From Sedimentisphaerales bacterium (GTDB lineage Bacteria > Planctomycetota > Phycisphaerae > Sedimentisphaerales > SM23-30): a stretch of 64,000 nucleotides of DNA. Below the pieces are notes generated by a model. That model was not told the origin of the DNA. It made no database searches and saw nothing but the letters and a program-made list of their open reading frames with translations. The position numbers were made by a program, and so were the translations under genes. This document shows positions 41,820 through 50,051 of this stretch, piece after piece (positions within the stretch are counted from its first letter, which is position 1; every line of letters starts with the position of its first letter). Location of the stretch: the NCBI GenBank assembly GCA_963666285.1, contig OY762711.1, one strand, 5' to 3'.

Positions 41820-42007
41820 AAGTGAAGAACTAAGAGTGAAGAGTGAAGAGTTGCGGTGTCGCTGACGCGACCTTAAATAAAGTATAAAGTGTAAAATAAA
41901 AAGTGTAAAGATGGTGTTCGCTAACGCTCACAACTTAAATTTAGAGCAAACGCGACGTTATTTTTAATCGGCTAAAGCCGATAATGTCGAGCTCCCGAAA
42001 ATCGGGA
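41820..42007 (+). repeat. Two tandem heptamer-run/GGTGT hairpin units plus further hairpins
   Basis: aagtgaa|gaactaa|gagtgaa|gagtgaa|gagttgc|ggtgtcgctgacgcgacc; aagtata|aagtgta|aaataaa|aagtgta|aagatggtgttcgctaacgctcac; atcggctaaagccgat; tcccgaaaatcggga. Confidence 0.88.
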
Positions 42008-42045
42008 TTACATTCGGCTCGGCGTTCCCAGGAAGGAATAGGACA

Positions 42046-43713
42046 ATGGAAAATACAATACCAGCAAACCAGCAGGCAATCCAGCTTGTAGGTGAAGATA
42101 AACTGATACATAATACCGATAAGCCGGTTGATAAGCCGGGCCCGTACCAGATACTGCTGAAAGTTGAGGCACTGGGTTTATGTTTCTCTGACCTGAAACT
42201 GCTCAAGCAGTTCAATAACCATGTGCGTAAGAGCGAGATACTGTCTGGAATTGACCCGGCAGTCTTGAAAGAACTGCCGAGCTATAAGCCGGGGACAGAG
42301 CCGGTTGTGCCGGGCCATGAGGCGTATGGTGTAATTGTCGCGGTCGGTGATAAGGTAACCCATCATAAAGCGGGTGAAAAGGTACTGGTCCAGACAGACT
42401 ATCGCTGGCTGAAGACAAAGAACTCCAACTCTGCGTTCGGGTATAATATCGAAGGCGGGCTGCAGCAGTATGTGATACTGGACGAGCGAGTGATAATTGA
42501 GCCTGACAGCGGCGAAAGTTTCCTGATACCGGTTGATAAGGATATCAGTGCAGCGTCTATCGCACTGGTGGAGCCCTGGGCGTGTGTGGAAAGCTCTTAT
42601 ATAACCGAAGAGCGTAATACATTAAAGCCGGGCGGACGGCTGCTGGTAGTGAAGGATGAGGGAAAGAGTATAAGCGGGATCGCGGCGAGCTTATCAGATA
42701 AAGGTGAGCCGGCGGAAGTTACTACATTCGGAGTTAACAGCGACCTGGCGGATATTGAAACTGACGCTAAAGAAGCGGCGAGCCTGGCTGAGCTGCCAGC
42801 TGAATATTATGACGATATTATCTATTTCGGTTCTGATAAAGCGACAATCGAGCTGCTGGATGAAAAGCTGGCGGCCCAGGGTATAATCAATATCGTACTT
42901 TGCGGTGACAAGATCGGTGAAGAAGTATCGGTTGGTGTCGGCCGCACTCATTACGGTATGACACGCTGGATCGGAACGGTCGGATGTGATGCGTGTGAAA
43001 GCTATAAGACAGTGCCGGCGATGGGCGAGATACGACCGAATGATAAGGTCCTTATTATCGGAGCTGCCGGACCGATGGGGCAGATGCATGTTATCCGGGT
43101 ATTGTCGCTGGAGACCGAGAACCTGACCGTAGTTGGAACTGACTTTGACGATGAGCGGATCGAATCGCTGGCAGCGAAAGCCGAGCCGCTGGCGAAACAG
43201 AATAATGTGAAGTTGTCGCTGGTCAATCCTAAAAACAATCCTGTGACTGACAAGTTCAGCTACTTTGCGATAATGGCACCGGTTGGACCACTGGTCGCAC
43301 AGGCGATTAAGGACAGCAGCGAAGGTGCTTTAATAAATATCTTTGCGGGTATCCCGGCGACGGTTAAGCAGGAGATAGACCTGGACCTTTATATTGCCAA
43401 TAAGTGCTTCATGTTTGGTACGAGCGGATCGCGCTTGTCTGATATGAAGATCGTACTGGAGAAAGTTTTGACCGGTAAGCTGAATACTAATTGTTCGGTG
43501 GATGCGATATCCGGTATAGCCGGTGCGATTGACGGTATCCGAGCGGTAGAAGCACGAGCGCTGGCAGGTAAGATAATCGTGTTCCCGCAGAAGCCTGATA
43601 TGCCGCTGACACCGCTGACCGAACTGGCAGAGAAGATGCCGGAAGTGGCCGCGAAGCTGGATAACGGGCTGTGGACAAAAGAAGCGGAAGAAGAGTTGCT
43701 AAAGCAGGGATAA
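42046..43713 (+). CDS. Zn-dependent medium-chain dehydrogenase, L-sorbose-1-phosphate reductase (SorE)-like
   Basis: LCFSDLK, VPGHE, ALVEPWACV, GAAGPMG, FGTSG; 555 aa. Confidence 0.85.
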   Translation: MENTIPANQQAIQLVGEDKLIHNTDKPVDKPGPYQILLKVEALGLCFSDLKLLKQFNNHVRKSEILSGIDPAVLKELPSYKPGTEPVVPGHEAYGVIVAVGDKVTHHKAGEKVLVQTDYRWLKTKNSNSAFGYNIEGGLQQYVILDERVIIEPDSGESFLIPVDKDISAASIALVEPWACVESSYITEERNTLKPGGRLLVVKDEGKSISGIAASLSDKGEPAEVTTFGVNSDLADIETDAKEAASLAELPAEYYDDIIYFGSDKATIELLDEKLAAQGIINIVLCGDKIGEEVSVGVGRTHYGMTRWIGTVGCDACESYKTVPAMGEIRPNDKVLIIGAAGPMGQMHVIRVLSLETENLTVVGTDFDDERIESLAAKAEPLAKQNNVKLSLVNPKNNPVTDKFSYFAIMAPVGPLVAQAIKDSSEGALINIFAGIPATVKQEIDLDLYIANKCFMFGTSGSRLSDMKIVLEKVLTGKLNTNCSVDAISGIAGAIDGIRAVEARALAGKIIVFPQKPDMPLTPLTELAEKMPEVAAKLDNGLWTKEAEEELLKQG

Positions 43714-43792
43714 GTGATATGTCATAAGGGAAGGAAACGCCTGCGGCGAAACTTATAATAAAAAACAATAAGTAGGAAAACGGAAACGGATT

Positions 43793-44857
43793 ATGGAAAT
43801 ATTGCAGATAATAACCGAATTGTCGCACGAGTTTGGTACAAGTGACTATGTACGCGGCGGCGGTGGTAATACATCATGTAAGAGTACTGAAACACTGTGG
43901 GTAAAACCATCCGGTACAACGCTGGCCGGGTTGAAGCCCGAACTATTTGTTGCACTTGACCGTGAGAATCTGGGCGGGCTGTATAAGGTAGAGACACCGA
44001 CAGAGCCGGCTGAGAGAGAAGTACTGGTAAAGGATATAATGGCAAACGCGGTAATGCTGGGCAGTAAAGGTCGTGCATCGGTTGAAGCACCGCTGCATGA
44101 TTCGCTGAGTGCGACTTATGTTGTACATACGCATCCATATTTAGTTAACGGTATGACCTGCGGAAAAGAAGGTAAGGCCAAATGCAAAGAGCTGTTTCCA
44201 GATGCGCTGTGGCTGGACTATATCGACCCGGGCTATACGCTGTGTATGTTTGTTCGTGAAGAGATCAAGAAATATGCCGAGGCGAACGGCCAGGAGCCGA
44301 AGATGATCTTTTTGAAGAATCATGGCGTCTTTGTCGCCGGTGATACAGCAGATGAAGTTCGCGGAATCTATAAGACGATTATTGATACGCTAACGAATTA
44401 CTACGATGAAAAAGGGATTACAGCCGAACTGGCAGTTGAGCCGGACCCGGACGATGACGCAGTTGACCAGGTTGGGCTGAAGCTGGCAGAATGTTTGAGC
44501 GATGAGACTGTCGCAGTTGCGGCATGCGGGATGTTTGACTATCCGCAAGGACCGATTACGCCGGACCATATAGTATATGCGAAGTCTTATCCGTTTGTCG
44601 GCGAGCCGAGTGAGGAAGCGATTAATGAGTTCAAAGCCAAACATGGATACGAGCCAAAGATAGTAGTCTGCTCGGATGCCGTATTTGGTATCGGGCCGAC
44701 AGAGACCAAGGCGGCTCTGGCACTGGAGCTGGCTATTGATGGAGCAATTGTTTTGAAACTAGCGGAAGCTTTTGGCGGAATTGATCTTATGACGGACCAG
44801 GCACGTGAATTTATCGAAAACTGGGAAGTTGAATCTTACCGAAGCAAACAGATCTAA
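43793..44857 (+). CDS. Class II aldolase/adducin-fold protein (resembles the aldolase half of RhaEW)
   Basis: GGGGNTSCK, VKPSG, ASVEAPLH, VVHTHP, LKNHG, TPDHIVY, NWEVESYR. Confidence 0.88.
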   Translation: MEILQIITELSHEFGTSDYVRGGGGNTSCKSTETLWVKPSGTTLAGLKPELFVALDRENLGGLYKVETPTEPAEREVLVKDIMANAVMLGSKGRASVEAPLHDSLSATYVVHTHPYLVNGMTCGKEGKAKCKELFPDALWLDYIDPGYTLCMFVREEIKKYAEANGQEPKMIFLKNHGVFVAGDTADEVRGIYKTIIDTLTNYYDEKGITAELAVEPDPDDDAVDQVGLKLAECLSDETVAVAACGMFDYPQGPITPDHIVYAKSYPFVGEPSEEAINEFKAKHGYEPKIVVCSDAVFGIGPTETKAALALELAIDGAIVLKLAEAFGGIDLMTDQAREFIENWEVESYRSKQI

Positions 44858-45185
44858 GTGAAAATCTTTTGGTGCCCCGATGTACATCGGGAGCTATTAA
44901 TATAGTTTGCGTAAAAGGCAATATAAATAGAAGTAAGAATAACTACTATCTATAGTAGTGCAAAACCGGGCATCAAGCCCTAATTATCAATAACAATCGA
45001 ATACGGAATTTAATTAAATCAGCAGGAGATATTGCGGTTTTTCCTGCTGCGCGTATATTTTAACACCGGTAGTGTTCATATTCGGACCACTGCTTTTTAA
45101 CCTTTACAGAGTACATATATAGAATATAATAAAACGTAAATCTATCCGAATTGTATCTTGTAATAAAAATGAAAGGGTAATTGCT

Positions 45186-46652
45186 ATGAGCGAAAAGCAT
45201 GCATATGCAGCTGTTGACCTTGGGGCTGAGAGCGGCCGCGTGGTCAAGGGCATCCTGAGTAACGGGAAACTAGAACTGGAAGAGATCAACAGGTTCAAAA
45301 ACGGACTTGTCCCTATCGATGGTCACGATCACTGGAACCTGATCAGGTTGTACGAGAATATGATCGAGGCGTTTAAGATCTGTGCCAAGAGCGACGTGCC
45401 AATCGAAAGTATTGGTGTGGATTCCTGGGGAGTGGACTTTGCCCTGATGGCTGAGGATAATGCCCTGATGGGATTGCCGGTGGCTTACCGTGACAGCCGA
45501 ACCGACGGGATGATGGAGAAGCTGTTTGAGAAGATGCCTAAGGATAAGGTTTACGAGAAGACCGGAATCCAGTTTATGAAGTTTAACTCTGTTTACCAGC
45601 TGTTTTCACTTACCCAGGCGAATAAGTCATGGATGGATAAGGTGACAGACTTTCTTATGGTGCCGGACTATTTTCATTTTCTGTTTACCGGTAAAAAGAC
45701 CAATGAATACACAAACGCATCTACCACCCAGCTGCTGAACGTTGAGACAGGTACATGGGACACAGAGCTGCTGGAGACTATTGGTATTAATCCTTCGATA
45801 TTCAAAGAGCTGATCAAGCCGGGAACAAAGATCGGACCGATCACCGAGCAACTTCAGCAGGCGACAGGACTGGGACCGGTTCCGGTGATTGCCCCTGGTA
45901 CGCATGATACTGCATCGGCAGTTGCGGCTGTACCGGCGGAAGGCGGCAAATGGGCATATATAAGCTCAGGCACCTGGTCGCTGATGGGTATTGAAGCCGA
46001 TAAGCCAAACAGCACGCAGAAAGCCTTTGGATATAACTTCACAAATGAAGGCGGCGTATTTAATACGATCAGATTTTTGAAGAATATCATGGGACTGTGG
46101 CTGGTGCAGAGATGCAGGGCTGCATTTGACAAGGAGATCGACTATGGTACACTGACACAGATGGCGGCAGATGCCCCGGCGTTTGTAAGCCTGGTGGATC
46201 CGGATTGCGATGCGTTTATGAACCCTGCATCAATGACAGATGCGATAGATGAATTCTGTAAGAAGACCGGTCAGCCGGTGCCTGCGTCGGAAGGTGCATA
46301 TGTACGCTGCTGCCTGGAGAGCCTGGCACTGCAGTATCGACTGGTACTGGATATGCTGGGTGATGTATATGAAACCGATTTCGATAAGATTAATATCGTT
46401 GGCGGCGGCACCCAGAATAAACTGCTGAACCAGTTTACTGCTGATGCATGTAACGCGGAAGTTGTGACCGGTCCGATTGAAGCTACAATAATCGGAAATG
46501 TGATCATGCAGGCTATCGGAATGGGGCATATCAAGGACCTGAGCGAAGGGCGTCAGATAATACGCAACTCGTTCGAGATGGAGACATTTAAGCCTGGTAA
46601 TGCCGCGGCATGGGACGAGCAATACGAACGGTTTAAGAAGTTGAAAAAATAG
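45186..46652 (+). CDS. rhaB: Rhamnulokinase
   Basis: AVDLGAESGR, IGVDSWGVD, YRDSRT, TGIQFM, THDTASA, ISSGTWSL, FTNEGG, LKNIMGLW. Confidence 0.93.
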   Translation: MSEKHAYAAVDLGAESGRVVKGILSNGKLELEEINRFKNGLVPIDGHDHWNLIRLYENMIEAFKICAKSDVPIESIGVDSWGVDFALMAEDNALMGLPVAYRDSRTDGMMEKLFEKMPKDKVYEKTGIQFMKFNSVYQLFSLTQANKSWMDKVTDFLMVPDYFHFLFTGKKTNEYTNASTTQLLNVETGTWDTELLETIGINPSIFKELIKPGTKIGPITEQLQQATGLGPVPVIAPGTHDTASAVAAVPAEGGKWAYISSGTWSLMGIEADKPNSTQKAFGYNFTNEGGVFNTIRFLKNIMGLWLVQRCRAAFDKEIDYGTLTQMAADAPAFVSLVDPDCDAFMNPASMTDAIDEFCKKTGQPVPASEGAYVRCCLESLALQYRLVLDMLGDVYETDFDKINIVGGGTQNKLLNQFTADACNAEVVTGPIEATIIGNVIMQAIGMGHIKDLSEGRQIIRNSFEMETFKPGNAAAWDEQYERFKKLKK

Positions 46653-46684
46653 TTAGCGGTTAGCAGAAAGCATAGCTGTTTATT

Positions 46685-47077
46685 ATGAATCATGTTGGAA
46701 AGAAATTATGGGTTGTGCCGGACGGATATATACCGGCATTAACTGACAACGACAAGGATAACGTTAACGGATATCTGTCACACGAATGCGCGTGCATACT
46801 GAATTGCGGGCCTGGTGATGCCGAGATAGAGCTGACAGTCTATTTTGAAGATTGTGAACCGGTTGTGATCGGCGGCATAGTAGTGCCGGCGAGGCGCAGT
46901 TCGCACCTCAGAATGGACGAGCTGGAAATCGACGGTAAAGCCGCGATACCACGAGCGAAACCCTATTCGCTGGTGGTGAAGAGCAGTACGGCGGTGGTGG
47001 TGCAGATGTCCAGATTGGATACAACACAAACAAATATGGCATTTTTATCAACAATGGCTATACCATATGACATTTAA
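46685..47077 (+). CDS. Anabaena sensory rhodopsin transducer (ASRT)-family protein
   Basis: GKKLWVVPDGYIP, SHE..CILN, TVYFED.EP, VPARR..HLR, VVVQ.SRLDT. Confidence 0.85.
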   Translation: MNHVGKKLWVVPDGYIPALTDNDKDNVNGYLSHECACILNCGPGDAEIELTVYFEDCEPVVIGGIVVPARRSSHLRMDELEIDGKAAIPRAKPYSLVVKSSTAVVVQMSRLDTTQTNMAFLSTMAIPYDI

Positions 47078-47100
47078 TAAGAAATAATGGAGAATCTAGT

Positions 47101-48366
47101 ATGTCAAAGAATATTGAACAAGCTTACGAAATTGCAAAAGAAAAGTATGCAGCGATCGGAATTGATACCGAAGCGGCGATGAAGAAACTTGAGACCGTGC
47201 CAGTGTCAATTAATTGCTGGCAGGGAGACGATGTGGGCGGTTACGAACACGTGGGCGGCGCAGAGCTGACCGGCGGTATCCAGACGACCGGAAACTACCC
47301 GGGTAAGGCTCGCACAATAGATGAGCTTCGCAGCGATATCGAAAAAGCCATAAGCCTGATACCTGGCAACCATCGATTGAACCTTCATTCATGCTACCTG
47401 GATAATGGCGGCAAGTTTATCGATCGTAACGAGATGGAGCCCAGCCATTTCCAGAGCTGGATAGACTGGGGTAAGGGCAAGCTTCACGGGATGGACTTTA
47501 ACCCGACCTATTTCTCACACGATAAAGCCGGTGACGGTTTTACCTTGAGCCATCCGGACAAGGGAATCCGCGATTTCTGGATCGAGCATGGTATTGCATG
47601 CCGAAAGATCGGTGCGGAAATGGGTAAACAGTTCGGTACAACAACAGTAACAAACTACTGGATGCCGGATTCATATAAAGATACACCGGCTGACCGTGTT
47701 GCACCTCGCGAACGTATGGCCGATTCGCTGGACAAGATTTTTGTTGAAGATATCGATCCGAAGCTGCACCTGGATGCGGTTGAATCAAAACTGTTTGGTA
47801 TCGGCGGCGAAAGCTATACTGTAGGATCGCACGAATTCTTTATGGGTTATGCGGTATCACGTCAGAAGGTACTATGTCTGGACGCGGGTCACTACCATCC
47901 AACAGAAATGATCTCAGAAAAGATTTCATCTGTAATGATGTTCTGCCCGGAACTACTGCTACATGTAAGCCGTCCAGTTCGTTGGGACAGCGACCACGTA
48001 GTATGTTTCGATGACGAACTACAGCAGATTGCCAAAGAGCTGGTCCGCAGCGGCAAGCTGGAAAAGGTACATATCGGACTGGACTTCTTTGACGCCTCTA
48101 TCAACCGTGTAGCGGCATGGGTAATCGGTACCCGTAATATGGTTAAGGCAATGCTCTTTGCCATGCTGGAGCCAACCGAAACTCTGCGTAAGATTGAACT
48201 GGAAATGAACTATACCGAGCGACTGGTAATATTCGAAGAATTGAAGACAATGCCTTGGGCAGCTGTATGGGATTACTACTGCATGAAACAGGGAGCTCCT
48301 GTCGGCCTGGACTGGTTCAAGGTTGTTAAGCAGTATGAAAAAGAAGTTCTGTCCAAACGCGGCTAA
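47101..48366 (+). CDS. rhaA: L-rhamnose isomerase
   Basis: CWQGDDV, TGNYPGKAR, DFNPT, AVESKLFGIG.ESYTVGSHEF, LDAGHYHPTE, HVSRPVRWDSDHV. Confidence 0.97.
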   Translation: MSKNIEQAYEIAKEKYAAIGIDTEAAMKKLETVPVSINCWQGDDVGGYEHVGGAELTGGIQTTGNYPGKARTIDELRSDIEKAISLIPGNHRLNLHSCYLDNGGKFIDRNEMEPSHFQSWIDWGKGKLHGMDFNPTYFSHDKAGDGFTLSHPDKGIRDFWIEHGIACRKIGAEMGKQFGTTTVTNYWMPDSYKDTPADRVAPRERMADSLDKIFVEDIDPKLHLDAVESKLFGIGGESYTVGSHEFFMGYAVSRQKVLCLDAGHYHPTEMISEKISSVMMFCPELLLHVSRPVRWDSDHVVCFDDELQQIAKELVRSGKLEKVHIGLDFFDASINRVAAWVIGTRNMVKAMLFAMLEPTETLRKIELEMNYTERLVIFEELKTMPWAAVWDYYCMKQGAPVGLDWFKVVKQYEKEVLSKRG

Positions 48367-48398
48367 TTACTAGCTGATTTTTCAAAAAAGTCAATATT

Positions 48399-48437
48399 GC
48401 ACGGATGTTTGGATATCATCTGAACGTCCGTGCTTTT
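48399..48437 (+). terminator. Hairpin/terminator after rhaA
   Basis: GCACGGATGTTTGGA...TCTGAACGTCCGTGC followed by TTTT. Confidence 0.65.
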
Positions 48438-48517
48438 GTCGTATCATAAGCGATGTGTCAGGGGGACTGGATCACAGCCCTGAATACGAAATTCTACTTC
48501 ACAATCAGGAGATTATT

Positions 48518-49765
48518 ATGGATCTTAACATTCTTGCAGAAGCAAATCCGACTGTAGGTATAATTATTTTTATGCTCGGCGGTCTGGCCGGAGCAGTATT
48601 TTATACTCCTCTGAAAAAGGTAAAAGACTGGGCCTGGGAAAGCTACTGGATGATCTATGCAGTGTTTGCCTTGCTAATTGTACCCATTGTGCTGGCATTT
48701 ATTGTATCGCCCAATTTCATATCAGTAATCAAAGCATCACCAAAAGAAGAAGTCATAAAATGCTTTATATGCGGAGCAGCATGGGGCATCGGCGGTCTGA
48801 CCTGGGGACTAATGATCCGCTTTCTCGGATTTGGCCTGGGCCTGGCGTTAGGTTGCGGTATCTGTTCAGCAGCAGGAACATTTCTGCCACCAATAATAAA
48901 AGGTGGAGAAGATTTGAATAAATTATTCACAACAAATGGCGGTAAAATATCAGTCTTAAGTGCGATCATATCAGTTGCCGGTATAGTATTTGTTGGCATG
49001 GCAGGTATGAGTAAAGAAAATGAACTGCCGGAAGAAGAAAAGAAAAAGGCAGTTGCAGAATTTAATTTCAAAAAAGGCATTATCGCTGTTTTATTTTCAG
49101 GCTTGATGAGTTCGGCAATGAGTATCGGCCTGCAAGGCGGACCAACAATTGAATCGTTGGCAAAGACCACTGAGCCAGTGACAAATATCGCCTGGGCCGG
49201 AATACCTGTATTAGTAGTTGTATTACTAGGCGGTTTTATTATTAATGCCGGATGGTGCCTGATATTAAATATCAAAAATAAGACAACCGGCGACTACGTA
49301 AAGAGCAGCTCACCGATTTTACCGAATCTTATTTTTGCCGCTATTGCCGGTGCTATCTGGTGTTCACAGTTTATCTGCTTTAAGACAGGTGAGCCACAGA
49401 TGGGCGATACAGCTTATATAGGCTGGGCAGTACTAATGGCAAGTTCAATTCTATTCAGCCAGGTAATAGGCATGTTCTTTGGCGAATGGAAAGGCGTAAG
49501 TAAAAAGACAATGCAGCTGCTTGTCATTGGCTTAATTCTACTAATCGTTTCAGCAGTAGTTGCCGGTTACAGCGGAAAAGTCGCAAAAGATGAAGCTGCA
49601 AAAGTTGAAAGTGCTGCTGCCGGTCAGTTAGAAAAGACAGATGAACCTGCCCCGGTTATGCCGGCGAAGAAACTCACGCCTGCGGTAAAAACAGATGAAG
49701 CTGCCGGGGCAGTAGAAGAAGCAGTTGAAAAGGTCGAAGAAGCTGCCGAGGATATGAAGCAGTAG
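48518..49765 (+). CDS. rhaT: L-rhamnose/proton symporter with an acidic C-terminal tail
   Basis: FYTPLKKVKDWAWE.YW, WGIGGLT.GL, EFNFKKG, GEWKG. ATG at 48518 follows AGGAG; the track starts at 48455. Confidence 0.92.
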   Translation: MDLNILAEANPTVGIIIFMLGGLAGAVFYTPLKKVKDWAWESYWMIYAVFALLIVPIVLAFIVSPNFISVIKASPKEEVIKCFICGAAWGIGGLTWGLMIRFLGFGLGLALGCGICSAAGTFLPPIIKGGEDLNKLFTTNGGKISVLSAIISVAGIVFVGMAGMSKENELPEEEKKKAVAEFNFKKGIIAVLFSGLMSSAMSIGLQGGPTIESLAKTTEPVTNIAWAGIPVLVVVLLGGFIINAGWCLILNIKNKTTGDYVKSSSPILPNLIFAAIAGAIWCSQFICFKTGEPQMGDTAYIGWAVLMASSILFSQVIGMFFGEWKGVSKKTMQLLVIGLILLIVSAVVAGYSGKVAKDEAAKVESAAAGQLEKTDEPAPVMPAKKLTPAVKTDEAAGAVEEAVEKVEEAAEDMKQ

Positions 49766-49837
49766 AAGTGTAAAGTGTAAAATTAAAAGTGTAAAGAAGG
49801 TGTCGCTTGCGCGACCTGATTTTTAAGGCTAACGCAA
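49766..49837 (+). repeat. Heptamer-run, GGTGT hairpin and mini-hairpin with no following small gene
   Basis: aagtgta|aagtgta|aaattaa|aagtgta|aagaaggtgtcgcttgcgcgacct...gctaacgcaa. Confidence 0.9.
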
Positions 49838-49864
49838 GATGTAACTTTCATTTAGTATATTATG

Positions 49865-49900
49865 ATTAGTCTCTGCGATCAGGTAGAGACTAATCTTTTC
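49865..49900 (+). terminator. Rho-independent terminator after rhaT
   Basis: GATTAGTCTCT...AGAGACTAATC followed by TTTT. Confidence 0.7.
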
Positions 49901-50051
49901 TGTAACTGTTCACATAGCTACAGTTATAAGTAACAAGATATAAGCGTTGTTAATGAATTTATAATACTGTAATCATTAACTCTTTTCTTTATTTTCTAAT
50001 CGAATTGCGTCATTTTAATCAAAGTCGGATAATATTCAGGGTGGATATAAT

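Noticed and set aside
37052..49837. CRISPR array interpretation of the repeats
   Set aside because: Copies are separated by whole genes, vary in sequence, have no regular spacers, and no cas genes are present.
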